Source: an uncultured Myxococcales bacterium
GTDB lineage: Bacteria; Myxococcota; B64-G9
NCBI GenBank assembly: GCA_964454005.1
Contig: CAYVQE010000010.1
Coordinates: forward strand, 4,277-68,276
DNA: 64,000 nt
Direction of reading: 5' to 3'
The notes below the pieces were generated by a model. It was not told the origin of the DNA. It worked only from the letters and a program-made list of their open reading frames with translations, and did not search any database. This document shows positions 19,457-28,595 of the stretch, piece after piece. Within the stretch, counting starts at the first letter, position 1. Every line of letters starts with the position of its first letter. Both the position numbers and the translations under genes were made by a program.

Positions 19457-21177
19457 CACAGCAGCTCCTCCAGCTCGTCCATCGCGCCCAGCACGCGGCC
19501 GGCCCCGGCCGCCAGCAGCGTCTCGTCGACCGCTTCCGGGTCGCCCGGGGCGCGCACGCCCAGCGGCAAAACCCCGGCGGCCCGCGCCGCGCGCAGATCG
19601 TCGGGCGCGTCGCCCAGCATCCAGGCCCGCTCCACCCCCAGCTTGCTGCAGGCCAGCGCCACCGGCTCCGGGTCGGGCTTGGCCGCGGCGTCTTCCATGC
19701 ACACCAGTGCGGCGAACAGCTCGTCCACGCCGGCCCGGCGCAGGAAGCGCTCGGCATCGGCCCGCGGCCGACCGGTGACCACGCCGAGCTGCCAGATACC
19801 GGCCAGCCGGCGCAGCAGCTCCACATCCGGGATCAGCCGCTCGCGCTCGCGCAGCCCGGGCCGGTCGGGCCCGCCCTGGTAATGGGCTTCGAAACAACGG
19901 GTCACCTCGTCGAGCCCGACCTCCACCCCGCGGCGGGCCAGCAGCCGCCGGGTCACCCGCCAGTCGTTGTTGGCGTCCGGCTCGGCCTTGGACGCGGCGA
20001 TGGTGGCCGCGTCCAGCTCGACGCCGAAATCGGCCGCGGTCAGGCGGATGGTCTCGCGATAGGAGGTGGACACGTCGGCCAGCACTCCGTCCATGTCGAA
20101 CAGCAGCGCCTCGGGCGACAGGGCCACCCGCAGCGCGCGCTCCAGCCGCGCGTAGGCGGCCGGTTCGCCCGGGCAGGTGATGCGCACCCGGTCGGCCAGC
20201 CGCTGGCGGCCGGGCCAGGCGCGCACGGCGATGCCCTGGCCGGCCAGGGCCTGGCGCAGCCAGGCCGGATCGCGGTGGCGGGCCAGCACGAAGTTGGCCT
20301 GCGAGGGCAGCGGCGCACAGCCCAGTTCGTCCAGCAGCCCGGCCAGGGCCCAGCGCTCTCGGCGCACCCGCTCGATGAAGCGCTCGACCCGCTCGCGGTC
20401 GCGCTCCAGCCGCAGCCCGGCCAAAGCCAGCGAGGGCCGCGCCACCGCGTAGGGGTTGCCGGCGGCGCGCAGCGCGGACACCGCCTCGGTCGGGCCCACC
20501 GCGTAGCCCACCCGCAGCCCGGCCAGACCCCAGGCCTTGGACAACGAGCGCACCACCACCGCGTTGGGCAGCTCGAGACAGACGGCGGTCAGGTCCTGAT
20601 CGGCGAACTCGGCGTAGGCCAGATCCACCAGCAGCAGCACGTCCGGCCGTTCGGCCGCCAACCGCTGTACCGCCTCGGGTGTGGCCACGGCGCCGGTGGG
20701 GTTGTTGGGGCTGACCACGGTGACCACAGCCGTGGCCGGGCCGCAGGCGGCCAGCACGGCTTCGACCGGAAAGGGCCCCGAGGGCCAGTCCACCTCGACC
20801 ACCAGACCGCCGGCCAGGCGCACGTAGCGCGGGAACATCTCGAACGAGGGCACCGGCATGACCAGCTCACGGCCCGGCTCCAGGTAGGCGCGGCAGATGC
20901 GGTCGATGGCGTCGTCGCCGCCGGCGGTGACCAGCACCCGCTCGGGCGCCACGCCGAGCTGGGCGGCCAGCTCGGCCTCGAAGGCCCAGGGGTCGGGGTA
21001 GCGCCGCAGCGACTCGGGGCCCAGTCGGGCCAGCTCGTCGAGCAGCTCGGGGCCGGGCGCGGCGCCCTCGTTGCCGTCCAGCCGCAGATCCACCGGGGTG
21101 GGCGGCGGCGGGGCGCGGTAGGCGCTGGCGCCGATCATGCGGTCGATGGGCTGCGGACTGCGGCGCGATTCGGACAT
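19456..21177 (-). CDS. hisC: histidinol-phosphate aminotransferase fused to a C-terminal HAD-superfamily phosphatase domain
   Basis: Class II aminotransferase motifs (YPDP, SPNNPTG, RSLSKAWGLAGLRVGY). From about residue 365, HAD motifs LLFDMDGVLADV, VVTGRPR, AKPDPEP, GDAPDD. Confidence 0.9.
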   Translation of the reverse strand: MSESRRSPQPIDRMIGASAYRAPPPPTPVDLRLDGNEGAAPGPELLDELARLGPESLRRYPDPWAFEAELAAQLGVAPERVLVTAGGDDAIDRICRAYLEPGRELVMPVPSFEMFPRYVRLAGGLVVEVDWPSGPFPVEAVLAACGPATAVVTVVSPNNPTGAVATPEAVQRLAAERPDVLLLVDLAYAEFADQDLTAVCLELPNAVVVRSLSKAWGLAGLRVGYAVGPTEAVSALRAAGNPYAVARPSLALAGLRLERDRERVERFIERVRRERWALAGLLDELGCAPLPSQANFVLARHRDPAWLRQALAGQGIAVRAWPGRQRLADRVRITCPGEPAAYARLERALRVALSPEALLFDMDGVLADVSTSYRETIRLTAADFGVELDAATIAASKAEPDANNDWRVTRRLLARRGVEVGLDEVTRCFEAHYQGGPDRPGLRERERLIPDVELLRRLAGIWQLGVVTGRPRADAERFLRRAGVDELFAALVCMEDAAAKPDPEPVALACSKLGVERAWMLGDAPDDLRAARAAGVLPLGVRAPGDPEAVDETLLAAGAGRVLGAMDELEELL

Positions 21178-21189
21178 GCTCCCCTCCCC

Positions 21190-22068
21190 TCAGGGCACCA
21201 GCTGGGCCAGCCGGGTGACCACCACGTCGCTGCCGCCACGGGCCTTGATCTCGGGGATGATGCGCGGCAGCTCGGCCCGCGGCACCGCGGCCTTGACCGC
21301 GAAGCCGGCCTCGCCGTGCAAGGTGGAGATGGTGGGCTCGCGCATGCAGGGCAGCGCGGCGACCACCGCCTCCAGCCGCTCCGGCGGCACGTTGACCTCG
21401 ACCATCACCCGCCGCCGCGCCTCGAGCACCGAGCCGAGCAGCAAACACAGTCGCTCCAGCGCCTCGCGCACCCGGGGCCGCTCGAGCGCCCGCGGGTTGG
21501 CGTAGAGCCGGGTCGACGAACGCATCAGCTCGTCGACAATCTGCAGACCGTTGGCGCGCAGGGTCGAGCCGGTGGCGGTGTTGTCGACGATGCAGTCGGC
21601 GTCGTCGGGTGGGAAGACCTCGGTGGCGCCGTAGGACAGCGCCAGCCTGGCATCGAGCCCGGTGCGCTCGATCCAGCCCGCGGTCAGCTGCTCATACTCC
21701 GAGGCCACCACCAGCGGCCGGGCCGGCAGGCGGCCTCCGACCAGCAGCCCGTGCGGCGCGGCGGCGACCAGCCGCACCGGATCCAGCCCGGTGTCGAGCA
21801 GCTCGACCAGGTCGGCGCCCCGCTCGGCCACCCAGTCGGCGCCGGCGAAGCCGGCGTCGCGCGAGCCGATGTGCAGCATCTGCACGATGTTCTGCGGCTT
21901 GAGCACCTTGACCGCGTAGCCCGGCAGCGAGATGCCCGGCCGGTAGTCGCGCTCGCCCAGGGCCACCTCGATGCCGGCGTCGGCCAGCAGGCCCAGCACG
22001 CCGCGCTGCATGCGTCCCTTGGGCAGGGCCAGCCGGATGGTCTCCTGTCCGCTGTCCTCTGTCGCCAT
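21190..22068 (-). CDS. hisG: ATP phosphoribosyltransferase, long form with C-terminal regulatory domain
   Basis: RLALPKGRM...VKVLKPQNIVQML..GSRDAGFAGADWV...DCIVDNTATGSTLRANGL. It occupies the last 292 codons of the spurious 1274-aa track ORF. ATG at 22068 is preceded by GGAGGTGAGGGG. Confidence 0.95.
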   Translation of the reverse strand: MATEDSGQETIRLALPKGRMQRGVLGLLADAGIEVALGERDYRPGISLPGYAVKVLKPQNIVQMLHIGSRDAGFAGADWVAERGADLVELLDTGLDPVRLVAAAPHGLLVGGRLPARPLVVASEYEQLTAGWIERTGLDARLALSYGATEVFPPDDADCIVDNTATGSTLRANGLQIVDELMRSSTRLYANPRALERPRVREALERLCLLLGSVLEARRRVMVEVNVPPERLEAVVAALPCMREPTISTLHGEAGFAVKAAVPRAELPRIIPEIKARGGSDVVVTRLAQLVP

Positions 22069-22126
22069 TCCCCTCACCTCCCGAACCCGACCCACTCCCC
22101 GAACCGCGTATTCCGCTCGCAGCGGC

Positions 22127-22246
22127 CGAAACGCAACGACGCCGGCTCTAGGGCCGGCGTCGATGGAGTTCGCGGCACGCGAACCACCACCGTCAACCGG
22201 CCCCGCCGGGATGATGATGCCGCTGCTGCAGCGCACCGCCCAACAT
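22127..22246 (-). promoter_or_regulatory. candidate his leader: 17-codon ORF MLGGALQQRHHHPGGAG followed by two hairpins, the second terminator-like
   Basis: Minus strand: ATG 22246, CAT CAT CAT at 22219..22211, TGA at 22195..22193. Hairpin gttcgcg-tgc-cgcgaac (22168..22184). A 10-bp GC stem (22137..22146 / 22153..22162) is followed by UUGCGUUUC. hisG ATG is 55 nt further on. Confidence 0.4.
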
Positions 22247-22398
22247 GCGCCAATCGTGATCCAATTCCACCGACCTGTCAAGCTTGTGCATCCCGGCCGG
22301 GCCGATGCAGCCGAAATGTTCCGAGAACGTGGGAACCCGGGGCGCTTCGTGGTACCCTGACGCTGGTTTGATTCAGCCTGTAAAAGGAGGCTTGGCCC

Positions 22399-22824
22399 TT
22401 GTTCGGTTCGAATCGGGTTGGTGCTTTGCTGGCAACGGTTCTGGTCGGGTTGGCGGCCCTGGGACTCATGGCGGGCTGCGAGGACGACGAGGAGCTGGCG
22501 CCGAGCCAGGAGCTGCTCGAACGGCTGTTCGATGCGGGCTTTTCGATCGAGCGCGATCAGGTGCGGGCGCGGCCGGTCAATCAGATGCTGGACTACGTCA
22601 CCTCGGAGTGCTACCGCGCCTACCATCATCCGACCGAGATGTTTTTCTGCTTCCACCACTTCAAGACCGGCATCAAGGCCCGCGAGGCCCGGGTGGCGCT
22701 CGACCGGCGCAAGTGGCCCCAGGGGCGCTACTGGGCCACCGAAGTCAGCGGCCGCAGCCTGGTGCTGGTCGACGCCCAGATCAAAGACCGGCCGGTGGCC
22801 AACAAGCTGATCGGTTTCTTCTGA
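22399..22824 (+). CDS. hypothetical lipoprotein
   Basis: AAGGAGG lies 8 nt before the TTG start. MFGSNRVGALLATVLVGLAALGLMAGC lipobox. Confidence 0.7.
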   Translation: MFGSNRVGALLATVLVGLAALGLMAGCEDDEELAPSQELLERLFDAGFSIERDQVRARPVNQMLDYVTSECYRAYHHPTEMFFCFHHFKTGIKAREARVALDRRKWPQGRYWATEVSGRSLVLVDAQIKDRPVANKLIGFF

Positions 22825-22862
22825 ACCACATCTGGCTGGAGTCCTCCCCCGGGAATCCGATC

Positions 22863-24944
22863 TCAGGGACAGCCGCCCACCTCGCGCCAGGCCAGCACCT
22901 GGCCCTGGCCCTCGGTGATGAAACCGTAGAAGCGCGCCAGCCAGTATGGCTCGCTCAGGTCGCGGCCCGGCGACTGCACCTGGCCGTCGACCGGCCGCGG
23001 ATCGCCGATGCGGAATGGGCTGCGCTGCCACATGTAGTCGGCGTAGCGCCGCAGCGAGGCGGGCAGGCCCTCGCTGGCCAGTCCTTCGGCACACTGGCCG
23101 TCGTCGAATGGGCACTCGGCCGCCCGGCCATCGCACTCGTAAGAGATGTCGCGGTGCTCGAGCGGGATGCCGAACAGGGTGACCGGCTCCTCGCAGGTCT
23201 GGCGCTCGTCGGCCGTGGGGCAGCGCACCTCGGTGCCGGCCGGCAGCTGATCCAGAATCTCCTGGCGCGACACGTCGTGGGTGCGCCGCGGCGCGTTCTG
23301 CACCCCGTCGTTGCCGCCGAAGTCGTGCAGCTGGGCAACCAGCTCGTCGATCGCCCGCTGGCGCTCGCTGGCCACCGCGGCCGGCACCACCCCGGCGTAC
23401 ATGGCATTGTACTTGGCGCTCTTGTGGTTGTAGAGCGCCTTGTCCCAGATCTCCTCCTCCATCACCGCCACCATGCGCTCGCGCAGCTCGCCGGCCGGCA
23501 GCATGGTGACGAACTGCCAGTGGGTGCCGAAGGTGATGTGATCGCCGTAGTACTTGAAGCAGTAGTCGGGCTGGCGGAAGGCCATCATGGTGTCGGCCAC
23601 CGCGGGCGCGTCCAACTCGCCGATCAGCTCGTCGAACAGGAAGCTGCGGTACTGCTCCTCGCCGGTCAGGTAGTAGGCCATGGTGGCCAGGTGCATCAGG
23701 TGCGAAGCGTCGCCGCCGCGCAGCGAGACGATGTAGAAGTGATCGATCTGGCCGGGCACCGGCTGCTCGGGCTCGGACAGGTCGGCGGCCAGATCCAGCA
23801 TGTCGGTCATGAACGCATCGGACGCGGCGTCGATCACCCGGTAGGGCTCGAGCTGCACCCGCTCGGGGCAGGAGCGGTCGAAGCCGTCCCGGTTGGCCGG
23901 GTTGATGCCCAGGTGGACGTACCACACCAGCCGGTCGATCTGCATCAGGTCGGGGTCGCCCGGGTCGAGCTGTATGTCGGCGCCGGCGAAGTAGTCGGAG
24001 ATCTCGGCCAGCACCTCGGGGTTGTCCTGCAGGTTGATAATCTCCATGCGCCGCAGCCGCTTGAGGTAGCAGGTCAGCGCCTCGACGATGGCGGCCTTGA
24101 GCTGGGCGTCGGCGAGCAGGTTGTAGACGATGGGAAAGGCCATCATGGGCCCGGTGTACTGGTCGATCGAAGGATGGCCGTTCCACATGGGAGTGCCCTG
24201 GACCAACTGGCCCTGTTCGTCGGGCAGGCCCGCGGTGTAGGCCTCGGGCAGGCCGGCGACCAGGTCGGCTTGGGCGATGGGCAGATCGCGGGTGGCGCCC
24301 GGCTCGCCCCAGCGGACGATGAGCTGATCCGAGTTGGGGCCGCGCTCCGGGTAGCGCAAGTAGTGGTAGCGCGCCAGGTAGCCCGGGATGCCGGTCACCT
24401 GGAAGTTGCGCAGCAGGGCTCGGGTCTTGGCCTCCATGCGCTGGTAGTCGGCCCGGGTGCCGGTGGCCACGTAGCGGAAGGCATCGGCCACCAGGGCGGC
24501 GCCGGTCCAGATGGCCGCGTCGCCGCAGCCGGCCCAGCGGTCGAAGTTGTCCGCATCGCCCCATTCGGCCTCTGGAGTATCGCCCGGCATGGGGCCGGTG
24601 AAGACCCGCTCGGCGGTCAGCCCGGCCGGCGAGCTGTGCAGATCGTACCAGCGGTCGTAGAGGTAGACCCGCTCGAGCAGCGGATCCGGCTGGTCGACGA
24701 AGTCGCCGGTGGCCGTATCGTAGATGGCGCAGCGTTCCAGCCGGCCGGCGACGCAGCGTTGCTGTTGGTAGATGGGACAGGACACCACCTCGCTGCCAGC
24801 CAGCGGATCGGTCGGCGGCTCGGCCACGGTGGGCTGTGGCGCGAAGGCCGGCGGACCTCCGTCCCCACCCCCTCCATCTCCACCGCCGTCGCAGCCCAGC
24901 GGCAGCAGGGCTGCCGCAGCACAGAGAATCAATGACCGGCTCAT
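22863..24944 (-). CDS. large hypothetical lipoprotein
   Basis: ATG 24944 preceded by GGGAGG. MSRSLILCAAAALLPLGC lipobox followed by a Gly/Asp linker. No catalytic motif recognised. Confidence 0.75.
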   Translation of the reverse strand: MSRSLILCAAAALLPLGCDGGGDGGGGDGGPPAFAPQPTVAEPPTDPLAGSEVVSCPIYQQQRCVAGRLERCAIYDTATGDFVDQPDPLLERVYLYDRWYDLHSSPAGLTAERVFTGPMPGDTPEAEWGDADNFDRWAGCGDAAIWTGAALVADAFRYVATGTRADYQRMEAKTRALLRNFQVTGIPGYLARYHYLRYPERGPNSDQLIVRWGEPGATRDLPIAQADLVAGLPEAYTAGLPDEQGQLVQGTPMWNGHPSIDQYTGPMMAFPIVYNLLADAQLKAAIVEALTCYLKRLRRMEIINLQDNPEVLAEISDYFAGADIQLDPGDPDLMQIDRLVWYVHLGINPANRDGFDRSCPERVQLEPYRVIDAASDAFMTDMLDLAADLSEPEQPVPGQIDHFYIVSLRGGDASHLMHLATMAYYLTGEEQYRSFLFDELIGELDAPAVADTMMAFRQPDYCFKYYGDHITFGTHWQFVTMLPAGELRERMVAVMEEEIWDKALYNHKSAKYNAMYAGVVPAAVASERQRAIDELVAQLHDFGGNDGVQNAPRRTHDVSRQEILDQLPAGTEVRCPTADERQTCEEPVTLFGIPLEHRDISYECDGRAAECPFDDGQCAEGLASEGLPASLRRYADYMWQRSPFRIGDPRPVDGQVQSPGRDLSEPYWLARFYGFITEGQGQVLAWREVGGCP

Positions 24945-25054
24945 GCTGCCTCCCATGAACTATGCGCAGATAAAGAGATTCTTCCACGCCCCGCCGCCCG
25001 GCTGCAAGCCGCACTGAGACTGGATCGGAGAGCGAAAAAAAACAAATTTCGGGA

Positions 25055-25117
25055 TTGACTGGTCCGTCCGTTTCGATCTAGACTGGGTTCAGGAACCGAG
25101 AAAACGCGCCTGAACCC
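25055..25117 (+). promoter_or_regulatory. candidate sigma-70-type promoter (TTGACT-N18-TAGACT) followed by a 9-bp inverted repeat gggttcagg-N15-cctgaaccc (possible TetR operator)
   Basis: Read from the sequence. Sits 13 to 75 nt upstream of the 25130 ATG of an operon that encodes a TetR regulator. Confidence 0.35.
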
Positions 25118-25129
25118 CGGAGGACGAGC

Positions 25130-25642
25130 ATGGAATCGACCACTGCCAGCGAGCAGCCGGCGGCCAAGACGGGCGGCCGGCTGGCCTTTCGGATGCGCGA
25201 GACCATGGCCGGCGAGCACCGCTTCGTCGACGGCGCCGGCCCGCCGGGCAGCCACCCGCTCAGCTTCACCCTGGACTGGGGTCCCGAGCGGCTGGCCGCC
25301 TATCTCAACCCGCTGGACGCCGCTTTCATGGTCAACCGGGCGCTGGGCGAGATCGACGTCGGCGGCCTGGTGCGCGCGGCGCCGTGCAGCGGCGAGCTCG
25401 AGCTGCGCTACCTGCGCGATGCCAGCATCGTCTACCGGCTGGACTTCTCCGGCCCCGACGGCACCGCTTACCGCTACCAGGGCTGCAAGAGCGACATCCG
25501 GCCCTGGAACCTGCACCGCACGCACACCACCTGCCGCGGTACCATCGAGCGGGTGAGCGACGGCCGGCTGATCAGCGAGTCCACCGTCTACTTCGACCTA
25601 CGCACACTGCCGGCCTTTTTGGCCTCGTTCAGGCTGGGCTGA
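25130..25642 (+). CDS. hypothetical protein
   Basis: ORF with GGAGGA RBS and high GC3. First gene of a three-gene unit with TetR and SDR. Confidence 0.6.
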   Translation: MESTTASEQPAAKTGGRLAFRMRETMAGEHRFVDGAGPPGSHPLSFTLDWGPERLAAYLNPLDAAFMVNRALGEIDVGGLVRAAPCSGELELRYLRDASIVYRLDFSGPDGTAYRYQGCKSDIRPWNLHRTHTTCRGTIERVSDGRLISESTVYFDLRTLPAFLASFRLG

Positions 25643-25653
25643 GGGGGACGCGC

Positions 25654-26325
25654 TTGCCCACCGACCTGAGACAGCGCAAGGACGCTGCGCGCAAGGCGCA
25701 GACGCGGCGCAAGCTGCTCGACGCGGCCGCCGCGGTCTTCGCCCGCGACGGCTTCCACGGCCCGCGCATCTCGGACATCGTGGGCGCGGCCGGCGTGGGC
25801 CAGGGCACCTTCTACCGCTACTTCGACTCCAAGCGGGCCATCTTCGACGCCCTGTTCGACCGCCTGCTCGAGGAGCTGCTGGCCGAGTTCCAGCCCATGA
25901 GCGAGCAGCTGCCGCGCGACCTGGCCGAGTACCGCCACGCCTCGCGGGCGGTGGTGGGCCGGCTGGCCGCGGTGCTCGAGCGCGAACGGGCGCTGGTGCT
26001 GCTGCTGCTGCGCCAGGGCGCCTCGATCGACGCCGACTTCGCCGCCAAGCTGAACCGCACCACCGACCGCTTCGCCCAGATGGCCCGGTTCTATCTGGAG
26101 CACGCCATCGACCGCGGCTTCGCCCGGCCCTGCGACGCCGGGCTGGTGGCCCGCGGCCTGGTGGGCATGGCGCTGCACCTGCTGGAGCGCTGGCTGGACG
26201 ACGGGCTGGAGGGGCGCAGCGCCGAGGCGGTGGTCGACGAGATGGTCGAGTTCGCCTTTGCCGGCTTTGGTCCGAGATCGAACGGTCAAGAGTCGCCTGG
26301 AACTTCTGCAACGGGAGGGAGCTGA
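25654..26325 (+). CDS. TetR/AcrR family transcriptional regulator
   Basis: HTH region RRKLLDAAAAVFARDGFHGPRISDIVGAAGVGQGTFYRYFDSKRAIF. TTG start at 25654 after GAGGGGGA; the track ORF is 5'-extended through the previous gene. Confidence 0.9.
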   Translation: MPTDLRQRKDAARKAQTRRKLLDAAAAVFARDGFHGPRISDIVGAAGVGQGTFYRYFDSKRAIFDALFDRLLEELLAEFQPMSEQLPRDLAEYRHASRAVVGRLAAVLERERALVLLLLRQGASIDADFAAKLNRTTDRFAQMARFYLEHAIDRGFARPCDAGLVARGLVGMALHLLERWLDDGLEGRSAEAVVDEMVEFAFAGFGPRSNGQESPGTSATGGS

Positions 26326-26327
26326 AC

Positions 26328-27149
26328 ATGAGCCGGATGGAGAATGAGCGGGTGCTGATCACCGGCGGGGCGCGCGGCATCGGCCTGGCCACCGCGCGGG
26401 CCTTCGCCGCGGCCGGGGCCGAGCTGATTTTGACCGATGTGGACGAGGCCGCGCTGGACGCCGCCCGCGATGAGCTGGCCGGCATCGGGGAGCCCGGCCC
26501 CGGGGTGCACACCCGGCGGGTGGACGTGACCGACGCGGCCGCGGTGGCCGCGCTGGCCGCGTGGGTCGAGACCGATCTGGGCGGGCTGGACGTGCTGATC
26601 AACAACGCCGGCATCGGCCACCACGGCGAGATCGCCAAGACCCCGCTCGCCACCTGGCGCAAGCTGGTGGCGGTCAACCTGATGGGGCCCATCCACCACC
26701 TGGATGCCTTCCTGCCGGGCATGATCGAACGCGGCGCCGGCCAGGTGGTCAACGTCTCCTCGGGCCAGGCCTTCTTCCGCATGCCCACCTGGGGCGCCTA
26801 CGCAGCCATCAAGGCGGCGCTGGGCGTACTCAGCGAAGTGCTGCACTACGAGCTGCGCAAGCACGGCATCGCGGTGACCACGGTCTATCCCTACATGGTC
26901 AACACCGGCTTCTATGACGGCATCGAAGGAGAGACCTGGGCCGGGCGGCTGTCGATGAAGCTGCTGCCCTACTACTCGGACAGCCCGGAGAAGGTCGGCC
27001 GGCGCATCTTCGAGGCGGTGCGGCGGCGCAAGCGGGTCGAGCTGATCAGCCCCATCAACGAGGTGGCCTTCTACGGCCGGGTGCTGCCGCTGTTCAACCA
27101 GCTCATGTCGCGCACCAGCGCCTACTTCCTGGCCGGACGGGCCGACTGA
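26328..27149 (+). CDS. short-chain dehydrogenase/reductase (SDR)
   Basis: TGGARGIG, NNAG, S...YAAIKAA (YxxxK). Confidence 0.9.
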   Translation: MSRMENERVLITGGARGIGLATARAFAAAGAELILTDVDEAALDAARDELAGIGEPGPGVHTRRVDVTDAAAVAALAAWVETDLGGLDVLINNAGIGHHGEIAKTPLATWRKLVAVNLMGPIHHLDAFLPGMIERGAGQVVNVSSGQAFFRMPTWGAYAAIKAALGVLSEVLHYELRKHGIAVTTVYPYMVNTGFYDGIEGETWAGRLSMKLLPYYSDSPEKVGRRIFEAVRRRKRVELISPINEVAFYGRVLPLFNQLMSRTSAYFLAGRAD

Positions 27150-28576
27150 CGGCCGCGGCGGCGGCCGATCAGCACCAGCAGCCCGCCCAGGGCCACGGCC
27201 AACAGCGGCGCGGCCGGGAACCAGCGCGAAAACCAACCCGGCTCCAGCGGCGGCGGAGGGGCCGGTGCGGCCACGGCGATGTCCGGCGGTGCCGGCAGCT
27301 CGGGCAGCGGCCGGTCGGCGGCGGCCGCCGCCTGCGCGCGCAGCTTCTCGTTCGGCGCGGCGGTGTCGTCCCAGTGGGGGTAGTCCAGCTCCAGCTTGCG
27401 CATCAGGAAGTGGCGCTCGATCCAGTCGATCAGCCCGGGGCTCAGGTTCAGATCGCGGGGCTGCTCGGCGCCCGACAGGTCGAAGCTTCGACTGCGGCCG
27501 TCCGGAGCCTCGAGCGTCAGCCGGCGCGGCAGGGCCAGCGCGCTGAAGTCGACCGCCTGGGCGTCGTAGTGGTTGGAGCGCAGCGCGCCGGAGCGGGTGG
27601 CGTAGACCACGTCGTAGGCGTCGGCCATGCGCCGGGCCGCCTCCACCGTGGCCCGCCAGCCACCGGGGTGGAACCAGCGGATGGGCACGTCCAGCTGCCA
27701 CTCCTGGTTGACCCGCTCCAGCTCGCGCACGAAGCGGATCACCGCCGCCCGGCTCTTCTTGCGGCTCAGGGCGAAGGCGCCCCACATCAGGTAGCCGCGG
27801 CGGCGGCGGCGCACCGTGGTGTACAGACCCACCTCGGCGCCCTGGGCCTCGAGCTGCTCGATCAACGAGCGCACCCGGGCGGCGAAGGTGCCCGATGGGT
27901 TCTGCTCGGCCAGGGCGCGCAGCTTGCGCTCGCGGCCGCGGGGGTTTTTGTAGCGCATCACCCAGTTGGGCCCCAGCACGGCGCCGTCGGCGGCCGGGGG
28001 CATGTCTGGCCGGCGCTCGGGCCGGTCCACGGCCAGCTGATCGCGGCGGTAGGGGTAGCTGCGCGGGCCGCGCGACTTCGGCCGGAAGACCTCCTGCGGG
28101 TGCACCAAAGCGCCCACCTTGCGCACGCGGCCCGGCAGCAGGAACACCCGCCGGCCGTACAGCCCGGCGCGGCCGGCGCGCAGCACGTCGTCGAGCAGCA
28201 GCAGCAGGTCGTGGGGGGCGACCGGCCGCTTGAGCCCCTCGCGCAGCACCCGGGTGAAGGGCTCGCCGCGCCGGGTGCGTGCCAGGCGCAGAAGCAGCGC
28301 CCCGTCGACGCCGGTGCCGGCGAAGTCCAGCGTCCAGCGGCCGAGCAGGCGGCCGGCCTGGGCGTAGGCGCGGCGGTAGTCGGGCTGCTCGGGATCGAGG
28401 CGGATCACGTCGAAGCGATCGTCGATCGGAATGTGCCGTGGCCAAGAGCGCTCGACCGCCCCGCCCTGCCCTGTCTGTCCTTTCTGTCCGGCCTGCACCG
28501 CACCGGCGGCCAACAGCAGCCCGAGCACGGCGATCGCCGGCAGCACAGGGGTCGGGACGCGGGGACGGGACGGCAT
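27122..28576 (-). CDS. secreted protein with C-terminal TM anchor; contains a peptidase M15/VanY-like (LAS-type) motif pair
   Basis: Signal peptide AIAVLGLLLAAGAVQA. RSNHYDAQAVDF has the same spacing as SxHxxGxAxD. Later DYPHWDD. C-terminal LLAVALGGLLVLIGRRRGR. Confidence 0.6.
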   Translation of the reverse strand: MPSRPRVPTPVLPAIAVLGLLLAAGAVQAGQKGQTGQGGAVERSWPRHIPIDDRFDVIRLDPEQPDYRRAYAQAGRLLGRWTLDFAGTGVDGALLLRLARTRRGEPFTRVLREGLKRPVAPHDLLLLLDDVLRAGRAGLYGRRVFLLPGRVRKVGALVHPQEVFRPKSRGPRSYPYRRDQLAVDRPERRPDMPPAADGAVLGPNWVMRYKNPRGRERKLRALAEQNPSGTFAARVRSLIEQLEAQGAEVGLYTTVRRRRRGYLMWGAFALSRKKSRAAVIRFVRELERVNQEWQLDVPIRWFHPGGWRATVEAARRMADAYDVVYATRSGALRSNHYDAQAVDFSALALPRRLTLEAPDGRSRSFDLSGAEQPRDLNLSPGLIDWIERHFLMRKLELDYPHWDDTAAPNEKLRAQAAAAADRPLPELPAPPDIAVAAPAPPPPLEPGWFSRWFPAAPLLAVALGGLLVLIGRRRGRQSARPARK

Positions 28577-28595
28577 CGTCGTTCGATCGCTCCTT

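Noticed and set aside
21190-25014. 1274-aa minus-strand ORF
   Set aside because: Only the last 292 codons (hisG, from ATG 22068 with a strong RBS) are real. The upstream part runs through an intergenic region and through other frames of the 22399 and 22863 genes and has nonsense composition.
27122-27149. 28-nt 3' overlap of the convergent SDR and VanY-like genes as a possible antisense regulatory feature
   Set aside because: Short convergent overlaps are common in compact high-GC genomes, and no additional structure was seen.
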